Assembly (NCBI GenBank): GCA_030390025.1
Contig: JASTWF010000033.1
Location: 2,482,001-2,546,000, forward strand
Origin: Squalus acanthias
Lineage: Eukaryota
Direction of reading: 5' to 3'
DNA length: 64,000 nt
Shown: positions 36,866 to 50,285 of the stretch, in pieces
Layout: every line of letters starts with the position of its first letter
How positions within the stretch are numbered: the first letter of the stretch is position 1
Position numbers and translations under genes: made by a program
Notes under the pieces: model-generated
What the model was told of the DNA's origin: nothing
What the model saw: only the letters and a program-made list of their open reading frames with translations
The model's database searches: none

Positions 36866-39586
36866 GTGGAGTATATCAGAGTGTTGCAGTGAGGGGACCG
36901 GAGTTTATCAGAGTGGGGATGATCTATCAGTATTACAGTGAGTGGTGTGGGGTATATCAGAGTGTTACAGTGAGGGGTGTAGTGTATATCAGAGTGTCAC
37001 AGTGAGGGGTGTGGTGTATATCGGAGTGTTACAGAGAGGTGTGTGGGGAATATCAGAGTGTTACAGTGAGGGGTGTGGTGTATATCAGTGTGTTACAGTG
37101 AGGGGTATGGTGTATATCAGAGTGTTATTATGAGTAGTGTTGGGTAAATCAGACTGTTAGACTGAGAGTTGTACAGTATATCAGAGTCTTAAATTCAGGG
37201 GCGTGGGGTATATCAGAGTGTTATAGTGATGGGTGTGGCGTATATCAGTGTTACAACGTGGGTTGAGGTCTACATCTGAGATTTATAGGGATGTGGGTGT
37301 ATATCAGGGCGTTGCAATAAGAGGCTTGGTGTATATATCAGAGTGTTACATTTAATGGGGTGTGGTATATCAGAGTGTTATAGTGAAGATTGTGGGGTAT
37401 AGTATTGTGTTACATTGATGGGTTTAGGGCATGTCAGATTCTTACATTGTGTGGTGTGGGGTTTACCTGAGTGTTACAGTGAGTTGTGTGTGGTATATCA
37501 GAGTGTTACAGTGCCTGGTGTGCGGTGTATCAGAGTGTTACAGTGTGGATTGTAGGGTATATTAGATTCTTACAGTGAGGGGTGCGGGTTAAATCAGATA
37601 GTTACAGTGTGGTGTGTGTGGTATTTCAGAGTCTTATAGTGTTGGCTGTGCAGTGTATCAGAGCTTTGCCTTTAGGTGTGTGTGATATATAAGAGTGCTT
37701 CGGGGGTGTGGTGTATATCAGAGTTTTACAGTAAGGGGTGTGGAGTATGTCAGACTGTTACAGTGAGGGTTGTCGGGGATATCCGAGTGTTATAGTGTGG
37801 GGTGTGGGGTATATAAGAGTGATACATTGAGGGGTTTATCACGGTGTTACAATGTGGGGTGTAGTGTATATAAGAGTGTTACAGTGAGGGTTGTGAGGTG
37901 TATCAGAATGTCACAGTTAGTGGTGTGGGATATATCAGAGTGTTATAGTGTTGGGTGTGGTGTATATGCGAGTGATACATTGAGGGGTTTATCACGGAGT
38001 TACAGTGAGTGGTGTGAGGAATATCTGAGTGTTACATTGTGTCGTGTGAACTATATCAGAATCTGTTAGTGATGGAGTTGGAGGGTTTTGGGGGATATCA
38101 GAGTGTTATAGTGTGGTTTGTGGAGTATAAAAGAGTGTTACATTGAGGCATGTATCAGGGTGTTACAGTGAGGGTGTGGGCTATATAAGAGAGCAAATTT
38201 GAGGGGTTTAACGGGTGACATATCGAGGGGTGTGGAGATTATCATATTATGTTAGAGTGTGGGGTGTGGTGTATATAAGAGTGCTACATTGAGGGGTGCG
38301 GGGTGTATCCGCGTGTCACAGTGAATGGTGTGGGGTATAAAAAAGTGTTACATTGAGAGGTATGGGGTGTATCAGCGTGTCACAGTGAGTGGTGTGGGGT
38401 ATATCATATTTTTACACTGTTGGGTGTGGGGTATATAAGAGTGTTATATTGAGCGGTTTATCAGTGTGTTACAGTGAGGGGTGTGAGGTATATCAGAGTG
38501 TTAAATTGTGGGGATTGATGTATATCAAAATGTGTTACAGTGATGGAGTTAGAGTATATCAGAGTGTTACAGTGAGGGGGCCGGAGTATATAAGAGGGGA
38601 ACGAGGTATATGAGTATTACAGTGAGAGGTGTGGGGTATATCAGAGGATTACAGTGAGTGGTGTGCGTGTTTTCAGTATTAGAGAGAGGGGTGTGTGGTA
38701 TATCAGAGTGTTAGGGCGAGAGATTTGGGGAATATCAGAGTGTTACAGTGAGGGGTGTAGGGTATATCAGATTGTTACAGTGAAAGGTGTGGCTTAAATC
38801 AGAGTGTGGTGTGTGTGGTATTTATAGTGTGTTATAGGATTGGCTATGTAGTGCCTCCGAGATTTGCTGTGATGAGTGTGTGATATATAAGAGTGCTTCA
38901 TGGGTGTGCTGTATATCACAGTGTTACAGTGAGGGGTTTGTAGTATGTCAGAGTGTTACAGTGAGGGTTGTGGTGGATATCAGAGTGTTATAGTGTAGGA
39001 TGTGAGGTATGTAAGTGTGTTACATTGAGTGGTTTTGGGTGTATCAGAGTGTCAGAGTGAGTGGTGTGGGTTATATAAAAGTGTTACATTGAGGGGCATG
39101 GGGTGTATCAGAGTGTCACAGTGAGGGGTGTGATGTATATCGGTGTGTTACTGTGTGGGGTGTGGGGTTTATTAGAGTATTACAGTGAGGGGTGTGGGCT
39201 ATATCATATTGCTACAGTGAAGGTTTTCAACTATATCAGAGAATGTTACAGTGATGGAGGTGGATTATATCAGCTTGTGTCACAGTGAGGGTTGTGGGGG
39301 ATATCAGAGTGTTATAGTGTAGGATGTGAGGTATGTAAGTGTGTTACATTGAGGGGCATGGGGTGTATCAGAGTGTCACAGTGAGGGGTGTGGGGTATAT
39401 CGGTGTGTTACTGTGTGGGGTGTGGGGTTTATTAGAGTATTACAGTGAGGGGTGTGGGCTATATCATATTGCTACAGTGAAGGTTTTCAACTATATCAGA
39501 GAATGTTACAGTGATGGAGGTGGATTATATCAGCTTGTGTCACAGTGAGGGGTGTGCGGTATGTCAGATTGTTACAGTGAAGGGTG

Positions 39587-40489
39587 TGTACGAAAGGCTG
39601 ATATTTAAAGATATTTAGTAGCCGAGAATCATATATGTATAACTTCAAGTGTAGCCATTGAGCAAAAAGTATTACCCAGAATTACTCCTGAGTAACTAAA
39701 AAAGCTAAGACGTATTCAAAATGTAGCTGCACAGTCAAAAGCAGTGGTGAATACGTTTAGATAACAAACAACCACAGACTGTGAGTGAGGGTTAAATTGC
39801 AAAAAAAAAATATGATGATAAGTAGAAATTCGAATTCACTGAACAAAACTAATTGCAACGATATTTAAAAAATAATTAGTATAAGGACATAAACTGAGAG
39901 AGATCATGGAGATAAGGTATTTAACTGGTAGATTATAGTGAGATAGTTTGGATACATCAAGACTAGTGAAACAGCGCTGATATGGGCCCTTGGTATAAAG
40001 GCCTTGTACCAGGAAATCTAGAAATGAAAAAGATAAAGTAAATTCCAATGGGGTGAAAAACTATAAATCAGATAACACTGAACATGGCAAAGTTGGTGGA
40101 AAAATACTGGAAAGGCAGGAATGCTACCTTAGTCTGAGTGACAATAGTATTTTGACCATTTGAGCCAATTATAAAAGGTGATTTTGTTAAAGACCATATA
40201 TGGACAGTGGCCAAACCAACTTTTGATAAGAAAAGGTTTAAAACCTCGATACCCAAAGAACAGCTTCAGACAGACGTACTGCGAGGACAAAGTAACAGAC
40301 TTAAGACGACATTAGCTTTTGTCCGAGAGGTTCCAGAGATCTAGGGCTGCGAGCTACTCATTAAAACTATTGCCTCATATTAAGTATATTACGCTGTATG
40401 CTTAATAAATCTTCATCTATTGCTCAAACATACTGGCTGCTGCCTATTGGTGTCTTGTCCAAGAAAACAGTGATGGTTAAGATCTTACA
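39587..40489 (+). repeat. 5' LTR (903 bp)
   Basis: TGTACGAAAGGCTG…TAAGATCTTACA; TATAAAA near 40170 and AATAAA near 40404. Confidence 0.92.
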
Positions 40490-41593
40490 AATTGGCACCT
40501 TTCAGATAGGACAAGACAAAGCGGCTAGTATTGAGTAATAGATTTGACCTGGAAAGTAGCTTCCTGATCAGCTGCTGCTTCTGAGGAGGGATAAACCCCG
40601 TGGAGAGTGCCCGTGAATTCTGCGCCGATAATTATTGATGTTAGAGGCTTGTTAAAAAAATCACCAAATGGCTAGTAAAAGTTGTGTTAATGCATATAAG
40701 ATTAAGTTAGACAGCGGCGCCTTTGCGGAGGAAGTACAGGTTTTATTGACCGAGTCCCCTTTCAAAAAGTGATAAACTTTATTCTGGAAAATCTGTCTCA
40801 GAAAAAACACAATGGGTTAAGAGCGAAACATAGCCAGTTGGTTTAGCATAAAGTGCAGGAGAGAGAGGGAGAGATAGAGAAGGAAAAATATCTAATTTGC
40901 AGGCTAACCAATCTGAAAACTCAGCAAAGGAAGGGAAAAAACAGGGATTTCGAAAGCCAGGAAAAGCTGCTGAGACGCTGATGTAAAAAGAGGAAAAAAA
41001 AGAGAAATTTAAAGCTTTACCGACATGGAAGTTATTAACATCTGTGCCGAGAGAAATAAAACACCAGATTTGCTCAGTGAAAGGAACCTTAAAAAAAGCT
41101 GGAATTTCAGTTTGTGTGAAAGTGTGCGTTAAAGTGTAAAAGTTTTCCTGACTATGAATGTTTAAGAAGTTACAGTATTTCTTTTCTCTGAAAGTCTATC
41201 TATAAAACAAAACGTGTTTGTTATGTGTGTTTTAGCTCCACCCACTTCTCTGTGTTAAAAGCGTTTAAAACTTTTGTTTTGTCTTGGATTTTGGAAGTTT
41301 TAAGAATGTGCGAAGAAGATTATGCCCCAAGAATTGACAAAAAAACTTTGCAATACAACTTAAGTTAAGCTGGTGTGTAAAAACTGAGATGAACAACAAA
41401 AAGTTTGTTTAACAAAAGATTAACTTTCAGTCTAAGATTTAACCCTGGAGTCACGGTTGCTATCGTGAAATCTTCCAAAGCAATTTGATTTGATTTGTTA
41501 AAATGTGAAAAACTAATTTTCCTCCAGTTATATTCAATGTTTTTACAGTATTTTGGAAAGGCATCTGAAAAAAGGAGAATAAGAAAGATAATT

Positions 41594-42354
41594 GCCCGAA
41601 AATTAAACCTAATAAGCGAGAGTACGCACTGTGTACTCTCGCATATTAGATCCCGAATTGCCGGTTTCCTGCATGTACTGCGCATGCGTGGGAAACCGGC
41701 ACTTCGTGAATTGCAAAGGGGGCGGTTCCTAAGTGAACCGCGTGCGCACTACAGGCTGTGCGCACGCAGTGGACTTAGTTTTTTTTTCAGCTTTGAACGC
41801 GCAGGTAAGTGGTGAAGATTTTACACATAAAGAAAGCAGGCATAGGACCCCCTTTTAACAAGGTAAGTAGTTAATTAAGTGTTATTTTATTTTTTATTCA
41901 ACAGGTTTATCTTTTTTATAGACTTTAAAGAAAGGTAAGTTTATTTTTATAACTTTTAAAAAGATTATACATTTTTTCAAAAATTTAATTTTTTGTTTAA
42001 AGTGGTTAATTTATTTAACTCTACTTATTTTACTAATGTGATGGCTTTTTTAAATTTAATTGAGGTTTAGCTGTTCTTTTGGGGGTTTGTAGTATTCATA
42101 GCTTTGACAGCTCTTGCCGTCAAAACTATGAATGAAAGATGGTGTGCTGCCATTGGCTCTAACTGAATCACGTGATCCCAGAGCTCGCACAAACTAATTG
42201 CGCCTCTGGGGCACGCACACACTGCACGGTTGCAACAAGAAGAGGCTCTGAAACTAAAGTTCGTGTGGGCCCCAAACAAAAAGGTAGGCGCGGAGTGCGA
42301 TATCGCGGGGAATCCTTACCCCCGCGGGAACCATCCATGTTTAATTTCTGGGCC
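41594..42354. mobile_element. non-autonomous TIR DNA transposon (MITE-like, possibly PIF/Harbinger) nested in the LTR element
   Basis: Left end GCCCGAAAATTAAAC and right end GTTTAATTTCTGGGCC are imperfect TIRs, with ATT on both flanks. Homologous to 54990-55451 (inverted) and partly to 59932-60687. Confidence 0.75.
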
Positions 42355-43192
42355 ATTGTAATTTACTGTTTTCTACTAGCATGTGCGATTTTGTTTTGTT
42401 TTATCTGATCTGTTCGTGTTTAGTTAAAGTGTGAAAACACAACTGTGTTTTTCGATCGGGAATTTTTTTAAAAATTTACGTGAAGTGACGCAATTGCATG
42501 TGTCTGCCAATGTTTCACTCCACCTTCTTAAAAACATGCAAAGGAGTTAACCCTTTCCACCGACAGATGTTTAAGTTCACCGAGCAACAACTTTAGTATG
42601 AAATTTAAAGATATTGGAAATTAAGTTTCTTAATTTTAAATTAATATTTCCCCAGAGTGACAGAAGGAAAATTTTGATTTGATAAATTAACCCCTTGGGC
42701 TCTAAGCAGAGCGACCTTCGGATTCTCTTCTTTCTTTTGTTATATTGAAGTTACCTTGTAAACTAATTGCAGCACTTCTGTCTCTAATGTTAAAACACTG
42801 TGTAAGCCATCTAGCCTCAGAATCACTTGTTTCTGAAATTGGAAATGGAAGATAAATTGATAGAAATGAAATTGAACATTGAGAAAACCTGTCAGTTCAA
42901 CAATACTACTATTTGGATTTTGGCATAATTTTGAAATAACAAAATCGACTCGGGCACTATATATTGGGTAACTTTTGGGAAAATAAAAGATCCTCTAAAA
43001 TAATGATGAATAATTAGTGTTAATAATAAATAATTGTACTGAAAAGTAAAGTTCCTCCAGAGCTCATGAATGAGATATGAATGGTAATTAATGGGATGTG
43101 TAAAATGGAGAGAGGAAGTGATTGAGTGAATGAGATAGAAACAGGATAATTACACCAACAATTGGGAATTTTCCAAACTTTCTAATGAAAGT

Positions 43193-43456
43193 GTGCGGGT
43201 TAGGTTGATTTGGCTATGATAAATTGACCCTTAGTGTTAGGGGGGATTAAATATGTGGGGTTATGGGGATAGGATGGGATATGTTAGGGGGAATTAAATA
43301 CGTGGGGTTACGGGGGTAGGGTGGGATATGTGTACTGTGGGGATTAAAAGCAGGGACAGGGTACTGGATTTGGATGATCAGCCATGATCGTATTGAATGG
43401 TGGAGCAGGCTCGACGGGCCGAATGGCCTACTCCTGCTCCTAGATTCTATGTTTCT
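43193..43456 (+). mobile_element. headless V-SINE/CR1-tail chimera, copy 2, with AAAGT target-site duplication
   Basis: Near-identical to 19429-19703; AAAGT at 43188-43192 and 43457-43461. Confidence 0.82.
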
Positions 43457-45183
43457 AAAGTCAGGAAAGTGTAGTTAAGAACAGTAGATTGATAGTTTTC
43501 TCTTGGAGACATTTGTGTCCCTGCATTTAATGAACTTTTAAGAAAACTGAATTTGATAGTCTGGCCACTAGCCACGACATCGGGACCATGCAGAGGAAGA
43601 TGAACAAAGACCTCCACAAAATTTTTTGATATGATCAGCTGAAAGCCCGAGAATGGCTTGCATCTGATGGCATGTTTGACATAATATGGAAATACCAATG
43701 TGAGTTTGCAAATCTAATTCGTTACTATGAAGCAATTACCATCCAGGAATGTATGTTGAATGTGCACTGAAGAAGGGTCTCAGACATGCTCAGTTACTTG
43801 ACAACACCAAGACATGAAATGGTTAATGTGGCTCAGGAGAGCGAGACAACTTTTAAAGCATTGAAACATAAACCATCGAGAAACTATCTAACTAATGAAA
43901 CAATCAGAATAGAGTTAAACACACTGGTACCTGTTAGAGGGATTGAAATTTAAGTTGAAGTGGAGAGTTACATGGAATTTGGATTTGAATAATTGAGGGC
44001 TAAGGATAAATCATGCTTAGTAAGCATTACCCACAAGATGGATACGAGAAAAAGAGAGATCTGGGGAATCGTTTAAGTCCATGATTTGTTGATTAGATGT
44101 TAAACTGTAATGTCACATAAAATGATTGCAAGAATAAATTTAACTTGTAATTGTGTTTTGTAGGTAACAGAGCGTGGGGAAAAAACAGTCCGAATCCAGT
44201 ATGAGGTGGTTTTGGTGGTGCCTCCTGTGTCACTACTACCGCAACTATCATGCTTTACGGGTCTAACAGGACCTGTCCCTTCAACCAATATGTTTAACTC
44301 AATATCAAAACTTATGCTTAAGTGAAACTGACAGTAAATGTGATACTAAAGTATGAGCTGCACAATTATGTGGCACAAATTCGATACTACATTCCCCTCT
44401 TGTCTGAGGGTTTTAGTGAGCTCATGATGCGACTGAACTCCTCCCTAAAGCATTTTTATATTTTGGAGCAAGACAACTCGAGAATGGATGTTGAAATTGA
44501 CAGCATAGGGGACAACTCACACTGGGGCTCAATATATCAGCACAGCCTTACGTTCGTATTATTTCACACGCTCTGGTAGTTCTCCACCTTGTAATGATAG
44601 TGTATTTGATATATGTAGACTATGTAGTATGACTTTGATACATAAGCAAATTGTGTACTCATGCCTATGACTAACCAGCACTAACAAATTAATTGAGCAC
44701 ACCGAAAGAGGAGATCCGAAGCAAAGTAGAGGAGACCCCAGGCGGGGTAAGATCAGGAAAGATAGAAGAAACAGAGGCTACCCCAGGTGGGGCAGATTTC
44801 AAACACCGGAACAGTGAATTGAATTTAAGTAAGGGATCAGATCAGGGCCGTTACTGCCAGATCGTATGATGCAGCATTAGGAGCAGCGGGCGGAGGAAAA
44901 ATGATAGACTGGGACGCACTAGAAGGCAAGACATATCAGCACGGCCGGCATGATGGTTGGGGAGACCCCGGGGTGCACTCCAATCCTGAGGATAGGCGGT
45001 CGGCCCCTGTGAGTGTCATAGTTAGCACCCAGGCCTATAATGAAAAGGGGATAAACCCGCATTTGAGAAGCGCTCCGTTCCCCTCAATTAGGAGACTCAA
45101 ACTTGCAGCAACGCTTGTCAGAGAATAGATTGAAGTAGTCGAGGAATCAATGTTTAAAACATTCCATCATCGAGGTGTGGACT

Positions 45184-46088
45184 TGTAAGAAAGGCTGAAA
45201 TTTAAAGATATTTAGCAGATGAGAATCATATATGTGTAACTTCAAGTGTAGTCATTGACCAAATCTTATTAACCATATTTACCCCTGAGTAACTAAAAAA
45301 GCTAAGACTTATTCAAAACGTAGCTGGACAGTCAAAAGCAGTGGTGAATAAGTTTTGATAACAAACAGCCACAGACAGCGAGTGAAGGTTAAATTGCTTA
45401 AAAAAACATGTTATGTTGCTAAGTAGAAATTAGAATTCGCTTATCTAAACTAATTGCAACGATATTTAAAAAATAATTAGTATAAGGACATAAAATAAGA
45501 GAGATCATGGAGATAAGGTATTTAACTGGTAGATTATAGTGAACTAGTCTGGATACCTCAAGACTAGTGAAACAGCGCTGATCTGGGCCCTTGGTATAAA
45601 GGCCTTGTACCAGGGAAGCTAGACATGAAAGAGATAAAGTAAATTCCAATGGGGTGAAAAACTATAAATCAGATAACACTGAACATGGCAAAGTTGGTGG
45701 AAAAATACTGGAAAGACTGGAATGCTACATTAGTCTGAGTGACAATATTATTTTGACCATTGGAACCTATTAAAAAAGGTGATTTTGTTGAAGACCATCT
45801 ATGGACACTGGCCAACCAACTTTTGATAAGAAAAGGGTTGAAGCCTCGATACCCAAAGAACAGTTTCACTCAGACGTACTGCGAGGACAAAGGGACGGAC
45901 TTAAGACGACGTCATCTGTGTCCGAGAGGTTCCAGAGACCTAGGGCTGCGAGCCACTCGTTACAACTATCGCCTAATATTAAGTCTATTACGCTGTAAGC
46001 TTAATAAATCTTGATCTATTGCTCAAACATACTGGCTGCTGCCTATTGGTGTCTCGTCCAAGAACTCAGATTTCGTTAAGATCTTACA
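45184..46088 (+). repeat. 3' LTR (905 bp)
   Basis: TGTAAGA…TCTTACA form a perfect 7-bp terminal inverted repeat; collinear with the 5' LTR. Confidence 0.92.
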
Positions 46089-47478
46089 TGTGTGTGGTAT
46101 ATAATAGAGAGTGAGAGTTGTGGGATACCTCAGATTTTTAATGTGAGGGGTGTGGGGTATATCAGTGTTAGAGTAATGTGTGTGGCGTATATAAGAGTGT
46201 TAGAGCAAGGAATGTGGGATAACGCAGAGCATTACCTGAGTGGGTGTGCTATATCATAATGCTACATTGAGGGTGTGGGTTATATCAGAGTATTAGATTG
46301 AGGGTTATGAAGTATATCAGATTATGTTACAGTGTGGGGTGTGGGGTATATAAGAGTGTTACATTGAGTGGTGTGGGGTCTATTAGAATGTTACAGTGAG
46401 GGGTGCGGGCTATATCAGAGTGTTACAGTGATTGGTGTGGAGTATAGCAGAGTTGGTTACAGTGATGGAGGTGGAGTATATCAAAGTGTTGCAGTGAGGC
46501 TGCCGGAGTATATCGGAGTGGTGCGAGGTATATCAGTATTACAGTGAGGGGTGTGGGGTATATCAGAGGATAAAAGTAGGGTGTCGCGTATATCAGTTTT
46601 CTTTTCAGGGCTGTGACGTTTACCAGATTGTCAGAGCTTGGGATGTGGGGAATATCAGAGTGAATCAATGAGGGGTGTGGTGTAAAGAAGTGTTTTCCAG
46701 TAAGGGGTGTTGGCTTGATCATACTGTTAAAGTGAGTGGTGTGGGGTATACTATAGTGTTAATTTGAGAGGTGTGGGTTATATCAGCGCGTTATAGTGAT
46801 GTGTGTGGCGTATATCAGAGACTTATAGCGAGTTTTGTGGTCTATATCAGAGATTTACGGGGGTGTCGGCTATTTCAAGACGTTGCACTGAGAAGATTGG
46901 GGTAGATCAGAGTGCTACATTTAGTGGGGTTTGTACATCAGGGTGTTACATTGAAGAGTGTGTGGATTAGCAATGTCCTACAGTGAGGGGTGTAGAGCGA
47001 ATCAGATTGTAACAGTGCGGGATGTGGGTTATATCAGAGTTTTAAAGTGAAGGGTCTAGGTTATATCTAAGTGTTACAGTGAAGAGTGTGGAGTATAACC
47101 GATTGTTACAATGAGGGGTGTGTGATATATAAGAGAGTTAAAGTGAGAGGTGTGAGGTACATCATAGGTTTACGGTGAGGCGTGTGGGGTATATCAGAAT
47201 GTTACAGTGAGGGGTGTGGGGTCTATCAGAGTTTTACAGTGAGGGATGTGTCGTATACAAGCGTGTTACAGTGAGGGGTGTGTTGCAAAGCAGAGTTTTA
47301 CATTGAGGGGTGTGGGCTATATCATAGTGTTACAGTGAGGGTGTGGGTTATATCAGAGTGTTACAGCGAGCGGTGTGAAGTAAATCATTATATGTTACAG
47401 TGTCGGCTCTGGGGTATAGAAGAGTGTAGCATTGATTGCTATGGAGTGTATCAGAGTGCTACAGTGTGGGTGCGGTGT

Positions 47479-48909
47479 GGTAGAGAGAAAGCGGGGAATT
47501 ACAGACCGGTAAGCCTGACATCGGTAGTGGGGAAAATGCTAGAGTCCATTATAAAGGATGTAATAGCTGAGCATTTGAAAAACAGTGACAGGATCGGACA
47601 AAGTCAACATGGATTTACAAAAGGTAAATCGTGCTTGACTAATCTACTGGAATTTTTTGAGGTTGTAACTGGGAAAATAGATAAGGGAGAACCAGTAGAT
47701 GTGGTGTATTTGGACTTTCAAAAGGCTTTCGATAAGGTCCCCCATAAGAGATTAGCGGGTAAAGTTAAGGCACATGGGATGGGGGCAAGTTATTGACTTG
47801 GATAGAGAACTGGTTGGCGGACAGAAAGCAGAGAGTAGGAATTAATGGGTCTTTTTCCGAGTGGCAAGCAGTGACTAGTGGGGTACCGCAGGGATCGGTC
47901 CTTGGACCCCAGCTATTCACAATATACATTAATGATCTAGATAAGGGAATTAAATGTCATATCTCCAAGTTTGCAGATGACACAAAGCTGGGTGGGAGTG
48001 TGTGCAGCGAGGAGGATAGCGAGAAACTCCAGGATGACCTGGACAGGTTGGGTGAGTGGGCAGAAGCGTGGCAGATGCAATATAACGTGGATAAGTGCGA
48101 GGTTATCCGCTTTGGTGTCAAAAACAGGAAGGCAGACTATTATCTGAATGGCAATAGATTGGAAGAAGGGGAAGTGCAACGAGACCTGGGTGTCCTTGTG
48201 CACCAGTCGCTGAAAGTAAGCATGCAGGTGCAGCAGGCGGTGAAGAAGGCAAATGGTATGTTGGCCTTCATAGCGAAAGGGTTTGAGTATAGGAACAGGG
48301 ATGTCCTGCTGCAGTTGTACAGGGCCTTGGTGAGACCACACCTTGAGTACTGTCTGCAGTTTTGGTCGCCTTATCTGAGGAAGGATGTTCTTGCCATGGA
48401 AGGAGTTCAGCGAAGATTCACAAGGCTGATACCTGGGATGGCAGGCATGACATATGAGGAGAGATTGGGTCGATTGGGCTTATACTCACTAGAGTATAGA
48501 AGATTGAGAGGGGATCTCATCGAAACATATAAAATTCTGACAGGTCTGGACAAACTAGATGCAGGAAGAATGTTCCCGATGGTTGGAGAGTCCAGAACCA
48601 GGGGTCATAATCTACGGATAACGGGTAAACCATTTAGGACAGAAATGAGGAAGAATTTCTTCACCCAGAGAGTGGTGAACCTGTGGAATTCTCTACCACA
48701 GAAGGTAGTTGAGGCGAGGTCATTAAATATATTCAAGGATGAGTTAGATATATTTCTTAAAGCTAAAGGTATCAAGTGATATGGGGAGAAGGCAGGTACA
48801 GGGTACTGAGTTTAGATGATCAGCCATGATCTCATCGAATGGCGGAGCAGGCTCGAGGGGCCGAATGGCCTACTCCTGCTCCTATCTTCTATGTTTCTAT
48901 GTTTCTATA
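47479..48909 (+). mobile_element. young 5'-truncated CR1 inserted in the 32-bp satellite
   Basis: Almost uninterrupted ORF2 (47479-47796 and 47793-48779), with one frameshift near 47790 and a late stop. All RT motifs present; (TTTCTATG)n tail. Confidence 0.97.
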
Positions 48910-50285
48910 TAAGAGTGTTGCATTGAGGGGTTTATCAGGATGTTACAGTGAGGGTTGTGAGTTAAATCAGAGTGTCACATTTTGGAATGTGAAGTATATC
49001 AGATTGTTCTACATTGATGGAGTTGGAGTATATCAGAGTGTTACAGTGAGGGGGCTGGAGTATATAAGAGTGGAACGAGGTATATCAGTACTACAGTGAG
49101 AGGTGTGGGGGACATCAAAGGATTACAGTGAGTGGTGTGAGGGATATCAGTGTTAGAGAGAGGGGTGTGTGGACTATCAGACAGTTTGAGCGAGGATTGT
49201 TGGGAATATCAGTGTGTAACAGTGAGGGGTGTGGCGTGAAGAAGTGTGTTACAGTGAGGGATGTTGGCTGTATCATAGTGTTAAAGTAATGGGGGTGGGG
49301 TATATCGTAATGTTACAGTAAGGGATGTGGAGTATACCAGAGCGTCAATTTGAGGGGAGTGGTATATATCAGAGCGTTATAATGATGGGTGTGGCATATA
49401 TCAGAGTGTTACATTTAGTGAGGTGTGGTATATTAGAGTTTTACAACGAAAAGTGTGGGGAATAGCAGATTGTTACAGTGATGGTTGCTGTGCGTATCAG
49501 ATTGTTACAGTGACTAACGTGGGGTAAATCAGAGTGTCACGTGAGTGGTTTAGGTTATATCAGATTGTTCCAGTGAGGGGTGTGGTGTATATGTGATTGT
49601 TACATTGAGTCGTGTAGTGTATATCAGAATGTTACAGTGAGTGGTGTTGGGTGTATAAGCGTGTTACAGCGATGGGTGTGGGGTATATCAGAGTGTTACA
49701 ATGATGGTTGTGGCGTAAATAAGAGTGTTTCAGTGTAGGGTGTGGGGTAAAGCAGTGTGTTACAGTGAAGGGTTTGGGCTATATCATAGTGTTACTGTGA
49801 GGCTGTGGGTTATATCAGAGTGTTACAGCGAGGGGTGTGGGGTGTATCAGAGTGCCACAGTGAGTGATGTGGGATGTATCAGAGTGTTACAGTGTTGGGT
49901 GTGGGGGATATCACAGTGTTACATTTAGGGGTTTATCAGGGTGTTACAGTGAGGGGTGTAAGATATATAGAGTGTTACTTTGTTTGCTGTGAATTATATC
50001 AGATTGCGTTACAGTGATTGAGTTGGAGTATATCAGAGTGTTACAGTGATGTTCCGCAGTATACAAGAGTGGTACAACGTTTATCAGTATTACAGTTGGA
50101 GGTGTGGGGTATATCAAAGGATTACTTTGAGTGGTGTGAGGGATATCAGTGTTAGAGTGAGGGATGTGTGGTATATAAAAGTGTTAGAGAGATGGAATGT
50201 GGGGAATATCAGCGTATAACAGTGAGGGGTGTGTGGTAAAGAAGATTGTTACAGTGAGGGATGTTGGCTATATCATAGTGTTAAA

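Larger units (their letters stand above)
39587..46088 (+). mobile_element. decayed LTR retroelement / endogenous retrovirus with no intact ORF
   Basis: Direct repeats 39587-40489 and 45184-46088 with TG…CA ends. PBS-like TGGCACC… follows the 5' LTR and a degenerate purine tract precedes the 3' LTR. A hydrophobic env-TM-like remnant lies at 44522-44629. Confidence 0.9.

Noticed and set aside
39581..39586. exact target-site duplication of the LTR element
   Set aside because: Left GGTG versus right TGTG is imperfect and lies in GT-rich satellite, so it cannot be called.
39836..40256. duplicated small ORFs (39836-40256 and 45419-45869) as a gene pair
   Set aside because: They are chance ORFs inside the two LTRs.
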